Under the pieces are notes generated by a model. It was not told where the DNA came from. It saw only the letters and a list, made by a program, of their open reading frames with translations, and did no database searches. The position numbers were made by a program, and so were the translations under genes. A DNA stretch of 64,000 nucleotides from Fimicolochytrium jonesii (lineage: Eukaryota): NCBI RefSeq assembly GCF_025526975.1, contig NW_026515672.1, positions 930,001-994,000 on the forward strand. The letters run 5' to 3'. Position 1 is the stretch's first letter, and each line of letters starts with the position of its first letter. Below, one piece after another: positions 52,601 through 64,000 of this stretch.

Positions 52601-53749
52601 TGGCAGGACAGACCGAACAAGCTCGCAAAGATTATCTCCGCGTGTTGCACATGGACCCCCGGTGCATCGAGGCACTTATTAATATCGCCTATACGTTTCA
52701 GAGGGATGGCCGACAGAAGAAGGTGTCATGTGTATCCAGAAACTGCTATAAGATGACCATCGACTGACTTCGCGTTGTATAGGCATATGATCTATTCACA
52801 GCAGCACTCGCGATCGATCCGAACTGCAAGCCGGCCTTGGAAGGCCGAGCTGTGATCCAGTATGGGCGGGCCAACTTCTTTGGGGCTCTCATTGATGTTT
52901 CCAAAGCGATCGTAAGCAATCAAGATATCCACCTCATTCCATGATAGACCTCACTGATCACGAATTCATAGGCTCTCGACCCTCGCAACGCCGAGTATCT
53001 GACGAACGCCGGCGTCATCTGTCAAGCACTTGGCGACGATGTGTCTGCGATGCAAAGCTATAAGGTACAGCGTCGTGAAGTCCGCGCCGCTTGGTCGGAA
53101 GATACTGATGTTACTATCCAGCTTGCTCTGAAATCCGACCCAGAGTACGCACACGCGCATCTCAACATGGCGAACATGTGTTTCTCTCAGAGCAAGTATG
53201 AGGAGGCGTTAAGGCAGTACACGGAGGTAAGCATGTTTCTGCGAAGTTTCATGGAGAATACAGTTTCGTAACCTTCCTCGGTATCAGGTTTTGAAGACGG
53301 TTCCGAACTGCGTTGCGGCGTATCTCAACCGGGGAATCACGAAGGCGATATTGAAAGGCAAGGCTATTGTATGAAGGGTAATTTTCCGATGCAGGAGATT
53401 CATAATAACTTCATCTTCCAATGCAGACCTTACAGGCGCACTCGATGACTTCAATCGGGCGGCAATACCGGAGAATACCACGGCGGAGGTTTTCTTCAAC
53501 AGAGCACATGTGTTGCAACTGTTGGGCCGACAGGAAGAAGCTGAGAAGGACTACACACATATCCTGCAGCTATCGCCAGCAGACAGCCTGGTCTATTTGC
53601 GACGAGGCGATGTGTAAGTTTGACATGATATCCCTGCCTCCGTCTTTCAATCGCTTACGCCGTGTTCAAATTACAGACGCGGCCACCGTGCGGATATGTA
53701 CGGGGCTATGGAAGACTACGCCATGGCTATATCACAAAGTGCGGATTGA
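46668..53749 (+). CDS. Large TPR-repeat protein, TTC6-like (acidic disordered N-half, many TPRs)
   Basis: Many TPR units (AYLRRRG, AYLFRGRAY, AYYQRG, AYRNRGLLYW, AYLNRGITK) over many exons; stop at 53747-53749. The 5' exon structure is uncertain. Confidence 0.8.
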
Positions 53750-53819
53750 ACTCACTATTACATATGTATTATCATTTGCCTCATAATCAACTCTGTATAT
53801 ATATATGCATGCAAAATGG

Positions 53820-54751
53820 CTATCGAAGCATCAATAGCAATCCATGGTATTGCACGCAATCGTCCGTCTCTGAGTCTTTGTATCCAAAAATTCGGTTGTG
53901 TTTCAAGATCTTGAACCCGCTATCGTGGACCAGCTTCGTTAACTCGTCGTTGTTGAACTTGTTGAGGTCCCCTGATTCGGGTATTGTGAGTCCGAAGCAG
54001 CAGCCTTCGTTCGGTCTCATTGACTTTGCAACTTTCTCCAGTAATGCCTGGGGGGATCTGATGAAGTCCATCACGCCGACACAGACTGAAAGTGTCCCAC
54101 ACGCCGCTTCAATTCGTGGCCCGACAGTATTGAGCAATGATCTAGCAAACTCACCGACGGCATCGAATGGTTCATCATACGGAAGGGGCGCCTCGATATC
54201 TTGGCACCGCAGCTCTTGAAACGGGAATTGTTTTGCCTTTTCTAACATCTGTCCCCGCCACACGTCAGCTATCCAAGGACCTGCACAAAAAGGAGTCCAG
54301 ATAATCTTGACCCCAATCTGACCGGCTTCTGTTGCAAGTACCTCCGGCGTGGCATCAATGCCATACATTATTATCTGCTCGTTTAATGGTGGCTCGAAGA
54401 AAGGTTTCGAACTTGGAACCGCGGAAAACGTAAGATCATCGGTTGCACTTGCCGACATTAATCACAAGATCATCTTACCTTTGCCCTGTCCCACAACCTA
54501 AGTCAAGGACCCTGAACTTTCCTCCTTCTGGCGGCTGAGAGTTAGTCAGGTGTGCCAGCACCCATGTTGCAATAACGGAAGCTGGTATGGACGGACGGTT
54601 AATTTTCCCTTTCCCACAGAGGAGCGGAGTAGTGCCGGAGGAAAGAAGAGGACTTACGTGCGGGATAGCTATCAGCGGCTATTTCGTCGTCATAAGAGTG
54701 GGCGTAGTTCCCATAGAAGCGAGTGACCTCCTCTATCGACCAGGCGCACAT
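53820..54751 (-). CDS. Class I SAM-dependent methyltransferase
   Basis: Spliced reading MCAWSIEEVTRFYGNYAHSYDDE ... FRVLDLGCGTGQ ... YGIDATPE|MLEKAK ... PFDAV|VCVGVMDFI. Confidence 0.85.
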
Positions 54752-55017
54752 CTTGAAGCTGTATGGAAGCTAAAATGTTGCTGGGAGATCCAGCCTTCAG
54801 CGCTTTGTCCACGGGAGGGACGGGAGGATGCAGCTCTGTTCTGTGAGGTCATCTCCTCCATCGCGACGCGCCGTCTTCTCTTCGGGAACGAAAGCGCCGC
54901 CTGCACAGACAGACAGACCACTCTTTTGCGCTTCCGCCATCGAGAGTTGGCTTGCAGTTTACAGCGGCGGCTCACTCACAAACCCTTGTCTATTGTATAT
55001 ACTATACACAGGTCTCG

Positions 55018-56219
55018 ATGGAGTCCCGAAGAAGCAGCAACGCTCGGCTCCAGCGTGCACTTTGCACATTGCTTTTTCTGGTCGCAGTAGCCTTTTTCCT
55101 GCTGTCCTTCACTGCTATCGACATTCCGAAGGTTAGCTCTCTCCCTAGACGAAGAGTAGACCAGGTCCCCTTCGCGGATAACGCACTGTCGGCCCACTTG
55201 CCGGCCGACGACAGAGTAACTTCGCCCGCACCCGAAAACGACGTTCTTGTTGTGTACGTCTACTATGACGGGGTTCAGTCGGAGGAGGACCGGCGAGCGA
55301 GCAAAGGCGCATTCGATACGGGCAAGCAGGAAGAAAACCCGACGCAGAGCGAGAACCTGAAGTTCTTCCTGCATCATGGCCTGCAGTCCAATGCGGACTA
55401 TCTGTTGGTCTTCAATTCACCGGTGCCCAAGGACGCGAACGTGCCAACAAAGCTGCCCAACGTATTCACCTGGACAAAACCGAACGAGTGTTATGATTTG
55501 GGCTCCTTCAGCGCAGGGGTGGATCGAATGAAGTCAGAGTATGGCAGGGCGTACAAAAAGTACATTCTCGTCAACGCCTCTGTCCGTGGTCCTTTCATTC
55601 CCACCTACTCGACACAGTGCTGGACGGATATCTTCCTCGCCCCGTTATCCGACAAAACTAAGATGGTCGGAATTTCCTTCAATTGCGATCCGAATCACCC
55701 CCGGCATGTCCAATCCATGGTGCTGGCGTTCGATCAGATAGGGTTCGACACAGCGGTTGGGCCCGTCGGTTGTCCGAAAACATTGGACGAAGCAATAGTG
55801 GGTGGAGAGACCCAGTTGACGAAGCGGTTGGTGGATCGCGGATATCAGGCTGCCGCGTTGATGACGGCTTTCAAGGGAGAGAAGGATTATGCGCACACAT
55901 GCACGCATCTGGATCCAGCATGGAAAAACCAGTATTTTGGAATGTCCTTTCATCCATATGAGGTCGTGTTTCTGAAAGGTATGAGCAAGTGACGTCGGTA
56001 GGGAATTCATGTATCTTACGGCTATCTAATCCTTTCATCTCGACAGCAAATCGACATATAGGCAAGTGGACCGCCAGTTCCCCAGAAAGAGGCAATACTG
56101 TGATTTGCATGCTGGAAACTTATACGCTCCCCTTCGTCCCTACAGATGATCACGCTCTAGCGCAATACACCAAATGGCATGACAATATGCCCTCCACATG
56201 CGAATACCACATTCAGTAG
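55018..56219 (+). CDS. Type II membrane, putative glycosyltransferase-like (RgpF-like) protein
   Basis: N-terminal TM helix, then NLKFFLHHG, NECYDLG, YILVNASVRGPFIP, HVQSM, GGETQLT and HPYEVVFLK. Function is inferred. Confidence 0.6.
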
Positions 56220-56767
56220 CCGTTTCATTGCATAGGAGACGTTGCGCTTCGCACAGAAGCACACTCGTCTCTGAACGGACTCGCCTACATCACGAGAGTC
56301 GACGATTTGCCTTCACCCCAGGGCACCTATTTCCAAGTTATGTACCACCGCCCGTCTCGCTTCTCAAAATTTTTGCATCGCTGGATTTGCCGCCTGCAGA
56401 GAGGGATCGTTTATGTGGGATTTTGGTGTATTTCAGTTCAGGCGTTTATTTATTCGATAGTTGTGAGAATAGAAGCGCCAGTAGTTTTTGGGCGTGTATA
56501 TAGGCTTTTCTCAATTACTGATTTCATCGGTGATGCTTTTGGACAGCTTTCTATGAGCCGATGGCGTTGGAGGCACTGGTGAGGGGTCTGTCGGCTTGTC
56601 CGAGCTGCTCAGGCGGCGTCGGACCGTCGGATCCGCGAAAAAGGGAAGGGATCTTACGCTGTTGATGAATTTCGGACGAGCCCCGACTTCCGGACGAGTA
56701 TTTGACTGTGCGTTTTTCGCAGCCCAATTTCCCACGACTCTCACACGAGCCCGCTCAAGGCACCAGA

Positions 56768-59700
56768 ATGAACTCACCACGGCGGACGGAATGCGAGACG
56801 CTCACAGTGCAGCTTGAAGGTTCGGCTCGTGTGTGCATATCATCGTGGGGTTCGTTTAGTAACAAGTCATCATAGGAATCGCTGAGGAACTGTGTCGTGC
56901 TGATATCTTCATCAAGCCATCCGTGGCTGCCGAGTGCGAACGGATGTCAGATGCACTGCTTCGGTTAAAGCAGATGAAAGGGGATGAGAACATGACGGAG
57001 GCATTTTGGGCGGTCGCAGACAGACTCGATGACGCTGGCGTCCGGATATGGAACCGCACAATCAAACGGACTGGGGCGCGAGACACACAGCCACCGGAAG
57101 CTTTAGCTCACCTGAGAACGACCGCCTTTGCATTGCTGGAACTAGCAGCCCCGAGCGATGGCGAGGATGTGCGAGTCCTGGCGAAGATGGCTAGACTAGC
57201 ACTGAAAATTGGAAAGAGCTGGCTGGATTCTGGCGATTTTTCCAAAGCCACGATGTATTACGAGACGGCATCGAATTTCCTCGAGCGCGGCTCAAATGGT
57301 CGAAGCAGGACCACCCCAAAGGAGCTGAGAACGATCGGCAGCCTCATGTTGGCGTACAAGGCCGAGCTGGAGTTCAGACAGAACGAATCCGCCGTCTCGT
57401 TCATGTTGATGCGTCAAGCCTCGCAACCAGAGTCCTTGAGCAGTTTCACCCAACGCGAGCTGGAGGAGGTGTCGCGGATATGCATCCAATGTGCGCGACA
57501 GGCCTCCAAATCGATCGACGCTATCCAGTGGTGCAAGCTGGGGATTGATCTGATCGAGAATCCTTTGAACGCTGGAAAGGAGTCGGAGGGCGGGCTGAAG
57601 AGGGATGCGCTGCTGTTTCTGTCGAATCTGTATCTGGAGACGAACGGTGTGGAGGCGGCGGAGAAGGCGATCGACCTGACATTGGAGGGGAGCCCGAATC
57701 TGATCGTCGCGTACCACTTGAAACTGAGATGCCTTGCCCAGCGCGGGCAGAGCGAGCATATCATGCAAGAGGTGTTTGCGACGGCGTTGGAGAATTGCTC
57801 AGACAAAGCGCTAGACGGGAAAGACTTTGATATTGTGCTGGGGATAATCCATCTGATAGCAAGAAGCGCTAGCCCGATTGCAGCAGTGAATGGAATCAAC
57901 GCGATACTTCGGAACCATCCGTCGAAAACTCTGAACAATGATTACCAAGACAAGCTGAGAATACTGAGATTGTACTTCCTTACCAACGGATCCGATCATT
58001 ACGATGCTGCACTCCTGAGCTCGATCAACGATTGTATAGACGAGGCGACGCAAAACGAAGGCACACTCGAGCTCGTTTATGCATATCGGCTCCTGTTATG
58101 GCAAGTCGCGGATAAAGCAACGCAAGACTCACGATGGGAGGACGCCGCAAATCTGTTCAAATGCAGCGCGCGGCTGTTACTTGGCGACATCGACAAGCAG
58201 AATAGAGACCTTGTCAGAAAAAAGCTTGCCGTGTGCTACCTGGAGCTAAGGAAACCACGACAGGCGTACGAGTCACTACAAATAGAAGGCGACCTGAGTC
58301 TTATCCCCGCCGACATGAATTTCCTTGCCTATGCTGCGTTGATGGAGGGGAACAACGATGTGGACGCATATCGGCATATTACTGCCATCGAATGCACCGA
58401 AGAGACGATCAAGCTATTCATCTGCGCAGCTCAGCTCGCGTACAAGAAAGAAGACAAGGGTGGATTGCAACGGATCCTCAAACAGGTCATCAGCTCGTCG
58501 GTGGACTGGATCGGCGATAACAAATTATCGGACCTGATGACGGTCATTCGGTGTTTGATACGGTTAACGAAAGCACTGCTGACGGCTGAGAACAAGGAGA
58601 CCATGACGGCCGAGCTACTCGCATATTTCGGGAAATCACTGACACTCCTGAGGAAATGGAAGGCGAATTCCACCGCTGGCCGCGTAGTCGATTCCGAAGC
58701 CGAATGGCTCTACCGAAGCAGCTGGAACGTCGCCCTCACGGCTGCATCGCAAGGGCTCACGGAAGTCGCTTGTGAGTTGTTCGCCGTTACGTCTGAGTTC
58801 ATGGATCTCTTCGACGACCAGAATCTGCACAATTTGGAGACGCAGAAGATGTGCTTGTTTGCTGTGGTAGCTGGACATATCTCGTTGGCAAGGAAACCGA
58901 CTTCAGAGTCTGACGAGGCGCAACACCTGACGAGAGCGATGGATGCACTCCAGCGGTTGCGGACACTCTGTCAGCGTATTACCGCATTAGGTCCCGCCGC
59001 GAGCGCGAGCGAGGATCCGGTGCTTCAGCAAAGCATATATCTCGAGCTGGAGATCAAGGTGAAACAGGAGAGCTGGACGGATTTGGAGCACATTCTGGAG
59101 TTTGCGGAGGCGGTTGAGGCGCCTGTTCAGGTGTTTGAGAGGATGGCAGGTCAGTTGACGGTTGGCGGACAGACGCCCTGACGGGCTTGGGCTAAAATAG
59201 TGGAGCCATAGATATTGTCACGCGGCATGATTGTCCAAGTGCAGGTACGTTGAGTTGGTTGTGAGTTGGGGTCAATTAGATATGAGGCTGATCAAAGATT
59301 TCTCAGTCGTCTTCATGACGATCCAGGTGCGTTCAGCCGTTCAACATCCAAAGTCATTGTCGTCTTGTTGACAAGGAAAGGTATATAGGCTACTCTAAAC
59401 ACCATCTTGAAGCGAGATCCCGCCTTCGACATGCGGAAGTTCAGTCAATGGTAATCCACGAGAGCCAGCTGGTCCTTTCTTACCCTGCGACGCTAACCCA
59501 GCTACCAGGTTCCGCATTTTAATTCGAACCTCATTGGTGGCGAACAAAGCAGCGGCGTTCGGGCTCTATCAGCAAGTCTTGACTATCTTGCGGTCAAATT
59601 CTCAGCAAGTCAGTGGCGAGCCATGTGAATCGATGACCGCCATCAGAACTCAACTGATACTTGTCAAATTGCCAGGAAACGTCGTATCCCAAGCACGAGG

Positions 59701-60078
59701 TTGAGTGGCTGATGGTTACTGCGTGGTAGATTACCTGATATTGGATGGATCATGATTCTCTGAAGTTTGAGGCTCATCTTTTTACGCCCGCAGGAACCAT
59801 GGATGTGAATTCTGGAGGTGGGCCAGGCGGATTTGAGTCTGACTTCGAAGATACGTTGCTAACACTCCATCGGGGTAAAAGCGTCAATCAGTTGGATGAT
59901 GCGAGATCGTGGTGCGAGCTGGCCATCACGTTAGCTGAGCACGGACAGGATCCAGCGGCACTTGAACAGGTTCCTTGCCGAACGTATAATGCTGTGTACA
60001 ATGACCTTCCATTAATGCACTTCCTTTATGACACTTTGACAGATGCGCCAAAGCTATTCGGAACTGTTGGCTGCATAA
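56768..60078 (+). CDS. SPO22: Meiotic ZMM protein Zip4/Spo22/TEX11
   Basis: Helical/TPR-like protein with LLLWQ, RKKLAVCYL, EAEWLYRSSWNVAL, KFSQW|FR, YPKHEVEWLMVTAW|NHG and ARSWCELA. Confidence 0.82.
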
Positions 60079-60240
60079 TGGACGAGAAGAGAACGAACCC
60101 TATTAGAGAAAGAATGCACTGGTGTATTCTGGTCGTAGTGTTGTAATTACCAGTAGTTCTAACTACTCGCATTTTCCCCTGCCCCTATTTCGCTACCGTT
60201 ACAAGTCAATATATTGTGGTACGCTTTTCTTTGAGAATTG

Positions 60241-63200
60241 TTATTGATCCCCACCACTCGCGATTGCAATACGCCGCGCCGCCAGAATCTTCGTAAGCCT
60301 CGATATCTCATTCTTGACATCTAACCCCTCCATATGCAGCACCTTCAACAGCAGCCGCTGATGCGCTATGGTGGGAACAGCTATGTTCGCGACTTTGAAC
60401 GTCCGTTTCCGAAATTCCTCCGCCGGGCCCCTGTGCCGCATGACCCTCCTGCACCGCGCCAGGACCGGCCGTCGAAGGTCGAGATGTTGGCAGTACGTTG
60501 TCAGGACCTCTTGCAAGTCCGTGTCCCTGTCCGCGAGGTGTGCACCAACGGCTCTGGAGCCCCGGCTGTTGGCTGCCGCCGGGAAATACTCATCACCCCT
60601 CCCCGCGGCATCCATATCCTCATCCCTCTCACCGCCCGCCGTTCCCGCGCCTCTCCCGTTCCCTCCGCCTCCATCATCCGCAAACCACGGCGGCGTCTGC
60701 ACAAACCGCACCTCCTTCTCCGCCCTCACCAGCCTGCCCAACACCGCCTCCCCGCCGGACCCCGGGCCGGCAAGGACCCTCAACAACGCGAACACCGTAT
60801 CCCGGTCGTCCAGATACAGCAACGCTTCACAGGTCCCGTCCTGCGCGAACGCGCGGGCCGAGGCTTGTAAGGTTTGATGGGCCGCGGGGCACGCGTTGGG
60901 ACAGCCTGCGTGTTGCGGTTTGGACCCGCAGAGGGTGCAGATGGGCCCGATGGTGATTTCCTGGACGAACGTGATGTCGAGCTTGACGTGGCATGGTGTA
61001 CGGTGGGGCGGCAAGAAGGAGTGCAGGTGAACGGGCACGGGGGGTTCGTCTGTTGGCTTGGTTGCCGTGTCCGGTTGCAGCGGGGGGTTGGACACGGTGA
61101 TGGACGTGTTTGCAATGTGATGCCCGTAGAGCGCTCCGCGGCCTGACATCCGGATAGCCAGCCGCTGGAACTGGACCAGGGCGCCGGGCAGCAGGCCCAC
61201 GGGATACGGATGCAGCCGCATGTCGAGGTACACGCCGATCGTCTCCGGATCCTCTTTATCCCGCAGGCGAATAAACAGGATACGGTCGTTCCGCCCCGAT
61301 CCGAATGTATGCGTCTCAAACAGCGCTTTGGCCATGTCGACACTCAGGAATGCATCTGCCTCTTTATCGCGAAACTCCCGGTGTTCGAGAATCCCTTCGA
61401 GATTGACGAGGTAGTCTTGGAAAGTGTCTGGTCCGGCCTGCGTGTCGACGTGGCGGTTGATCACGGCGCCGACGGAGCGGAAGATTGGGTGGGTGCGCGC
61501 TAGCGCGATGCGGTCTGCATCGTATTTCGCGAGCTGGAATGTATTCGTTGCTTGGTTCGACGTCGTGCCGGCCATGTTGGACGTGGTGGCAGTGCCTCCC
61601 TCCGGTTCTGCCAAGGAGGACACGATGGTAGACGCGGTCATCTTGTAAAACGCAGGCCCACCAGCCGAGTCGGGATGCGTCCGATTCCCAATCCCTCCTA
61701 CAAGCTGCGCCCCGGTCACCAAATAGGTAGCATCCAGATTCCAGGTCTGGCGCCCTTCACCCGAGGGATTGACCTCAATACAAGTGCTTCTCCCCTCTCC
61801 CACCGAGTTCCCACGGACGACCATCCACGACATGCCGTCCACGATCTGAATGATGCCGGCGGTCCCATACGCAATCTTCGCCGTCCGCGGGCCAATCAAC
61901 TGCGGGACAAACACGAACGACGCCCATGTCGGGTGTTGACGAGGTCCGGACGGCGGTGACTCGGTGACACAGAATGCGTCTCGTAACGACCACCGCAGAT
62001 AGGATGTGGTCAGCACCCCGCGGGTTCCGTGCACGTCAAACCCTCCGAACGTCTCCGTCACCAGCTCAAAGTTCCTGATTCCAAACAACCGATTCGCGTA
62101 GTTGCTCAACGTGTCCGTCACAGCCCCCTCGACGACCGTCAGGATCGTGCCCGAGGAATCCCTCAACCGCAGATGATCTCCCCGTCCGCCTTCCAGCCAC
62201 GCAATCAGCCACGAGTCCTTCATCCCAAGATGAGCCGCGTTCGACATGTGGAACGTCCAGGTGGGTTGGGCATGGCGGTTGTCCGCACCGCCCGCACGAC
62301 TCGCGACGGCGCTCGTGATGTGTGCGATGGTTACAATGTCAGGGAAGGGGTATCGCCATCGAGCCAGTTTACAGCTACTGTCGTGGTTGAGTAGAATGGC
62401 GTGCAGATCCGTCTCGTAAGGGGCGTATCCAAAATGCTTGAGCAGTGGAATGGTCGTGAGTACATCCCACTTTCGGCGGCGCGACGACGACGCCGTGCTG
62501 CTCTCCAACTCATTCAAGTAGTCTGTCAGGCCGCAAGCGATCGTGAGGTCGGGTATATTCAGCAACCTCATCGCCTCCATCGCTCGTTTGCGGTAGCTGT
62601 TCGGAGACAAGCGGCATGGATCCCGTTCCGTCGAAAACGCCCGCACTTTCAACGTCGAGCAGGGACAAGCCACGAACGCTATTCGATGATGTTGGACGCT
62701 GTCTTTGTCCGCCGGCCCGGGACGAGGGATAACAGCGTCGCAGGATATCATATGCACGTTGCGCATTTCGAGTTCTGCTCCTACGCGTAGCCCGCGGCCG
62801 AGGCCGGGAAGATAGTGAAATGTGGAATAGAGATGATGCTGTCCGTCTATTTCGTAGATGCCTAGGAGTAGATCCAAAATTTTCGTGATTTTTCCTGTAT
62901 ATGAGAGGTAGTATGACGGTCTATGGGTGACGAGCGAGGTGGGCCCAGATTCAGTTTGCCCTATGGGTGATGGCACCGACTCTGATCCCTCTTGTCTGAC
63001 AGCATTGTTAAGGCTCGGAAACGACGGCAACTGCGGTATTTGTGCTTGTTCATAGCCATCCAGACAAAACATTTTCGACGTCTTCAGAGAGAAGACGAGC
63101 AATCTCCGTTTCTCACATGTTCCGTTTGAAAGCGGTATCTTGACCTGAGTGGTTCTGACATCCACCAAGATATAGGTGCTTCCGACGCATGTGCTTTCAT

Positions 63201-64000
63201 AGTACGGCAAGATGTCGTTCAGAGAGTCACTGGAGTCTCTGTACAGTACAAAAGCTGTGATGATGGTGTCTGACGATTCTCTGCTGGTGTTGGAGGGCTC
63301 GAATCGAAGAGAGCATTGGATTTCCACGAAATAGCATGTCTGCCCTCGGGGGAATGTCAGCATGCTCTTCCCTCGAACCCTCCCACATACTGTGATGATT
63401 TTGGCGGCGCTCAGATCGTTGTTGATGATCTGCATGCTTGATGACCTTCTAGGGCTTGCAAAGTCGGAAGGAAAGCAGACTGGCGGGCGCTTCGACAAGA
63501 TGTCGGATATAGCTCTATGGTCCTTTGCTGCCACCCGGCTGTTTTCCCATTCCTGCTCGACATCGCATTCCCATTTGGAGAATTGATAGCTCCAATGGGT
63601 TTCCAAAAAGTGGCCGTCAGCTAGCACGAGAGGTACATCCAAGACTTCCAAATAATGATAAGCCAAATCGCCTCCAATCCGTTGAGCGCTGGTGCCGGGC
63701 AGCGCCCACAACACGGGGACAAAGCTCCACCGCACGAGACAAACGAGCTGCCCAAGCCAGCTCATCTGAAAGTTCGAGAACTCGCATGGCACTGCTCCAG
63801 TGCTATCAGAGAAGCATATTGCGGCGGACACTTTTGACAGGTTTGAGGTTGGGTGGTCCTTCTCTGCCTCGCGTTTCGTCACGAACTTGCCGACCAATAA
63901 GCCTTTTGTTGTGGATCCCTCGCTAACGGGAACTGTGCCTGCTATATGAGAGACGTCGGCCGTTGCATCTGACAAGACGGTATCCTGAGCCGTGAGCCGG
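60241..64000 (-). CDS. CTC1: CST complex subunit CTC1 (multi-OB-fold telomere protein); 5' end probably outside the window
   Basis: Open frame of >1240 aa with LSYTGKITK, GLRVGAELEMRNVH, YPVGLLPGALVQFQRL..RMSGRGALY, a CxxC zinc motif and AQDGTCEA, as in the C-terminal OB folds of animal/plant CTC1. Confidence 0.78.
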   Translation of the reverse strand, partial: RLTAQDTVLSDATADVSHIAGTVPVSEGSTTKGLLVGKFVTKREAEKDHPTSNLSKVSAAICFSDSTGAVPCEFSNFQMSWLGQLVCLVRWSFVPVLWALPGTSAQRIGGDLAYHYLEVLDVPLVLADGHFLETHWSYQFSKWECDVEQEWENSRVAAKDHRAISDILSKRPPVCFPSDFASPRRSSSMQIINNDLSAAKIITVCGRVRGKSMLTFPRGQTCYFVEIQCSLRFEPSNTSRESSDTIITAFVLYRDSSDSLNDILPYYESTCVGSTYILVDVRTTQVKIPLSNGTCEKRRLLVFSLKTSKMFCLDGYEQAQIPQLPSFPSLNNAVRQEGSESVPSPIGQTESGPTSLVTHRPSYYLSYTGKITKILDLLLGIYEIDGQHHLYSTFHYLPGLGRGLRVGAELEMRNVHMISCDAVIPRPGPADKDSVQHHRIAFVACPCSTLKVRAFSTERDPCRLSPNSYRKRAMEAMRLLNIPDLTIACGLTDYLNELESSTASSSRRRKWDVLTTIPLLKHFGYAPYETDLHAILLNHDSSCKLARWRYPFPDIVTIAHITSAVASRAGGADNRHAQPTWTFHMSNAAHLGMKDSWLIAWLEGGRGDHLRLRDSSGTILTVVEGAVTDTLSNYANRLFGIRNFELVTETFGGFDVHGTRGVLTTSYLRWSLRDAFCVTESPPSGPRQHPTWASFVFVPQLIGPRTAKIAYGTAGIIQIVDGMSWMVVRGNSVGEGRSTCIEVNPSGEGRQTWNLDATYLVTGAQLVGGIGNRTHPDSAGGPAFYKMTASTIVSSLAEPEGGTATTSNMAGTTSNQATNTFQLAKYDADRIALARTHPIFRSVGAVINRHVDTQAGPDTFQDYLVNLEGILEHREFRDKEADAFLSVDMAKALFETHTFGSGRNDRILFIRLRDKEDPETIGVYLDMRLHPYPVGLLPGALVQFQRLAIRMSGRGALYGHHIANTSITVSNPPLQPDTATKPTDEPPVPVHLHSFLPPHRTPCHVKLDITFVQEITIGPICTLCGSKPQHAGCPNACPAAHQTLQASARAFAQDGTCEALLYLDDRDTVFALLRVLAGPGSGGEAVLGRLVRAEKEVRFVQTPPWFADDGGGGNGRGAGTAGGERDEDMDAAGRGDEYFPAAANSRGSRAVGAHLADRDTDLQEVLTTYCQHLDLRRPVLARCRRVMRHRGPAEEFRKRTFKVANIAVPTIAHQRLLLKVLHMEGLDVKNEISRLTKILAARRIAIASGGDQ

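Overview
Compact, intron-rich eukaryotic DNA (short GT-AG introns, mostly ~55-100 nt). It is most consistent with a flagellated early-diverging fungus (chytrid): fungal-type housekeeping genes sit alongside axonemal/flagellar genes (CFAP43, calflagin-like EF-hand, TTC6-like TPR). About 22 protein-coding genes are recognisable: PX-domain protein (truncated), PGA1-like, MYG1, POP3/RPP38-like, PRP43, paxillin, stand-alone SPX, CFAP43, PDH E2, RPS19, TUM1/MPST, PRP22, a Fray/OSR1-like STE20 kinase, SEN54, a 7TM receptor, a class III aminotransferase, a small double-PHD protein, calflagin-like, TTC6-like, a SAM methyltransferase, an RgpF-like protein, ZIP4/SPO22 and CTC1 (truncated). The stand-out is a complete 3,456-bp DNA transposon (30474-33929) with perfect 19-bp terminal inverted repeats and an 8-bp target-site duplication. 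It lies in the divergent PRP22/kinase promoter and encodes a disrupted Academ/DUF6589-like DDE transposase with no helicase, so it may be an undescribed lineage. Other oddities are a PDH E2 gene apparently lacking its subunit-binding domain, with a possible fossil exon; a repeat- and hairpin-packed divergent promoter at 12.1-12.9 kb; and animal-like components (paxillin LD motif, CTC1, DPF). All family assignments come from motif recognition by eye; no searches were run.
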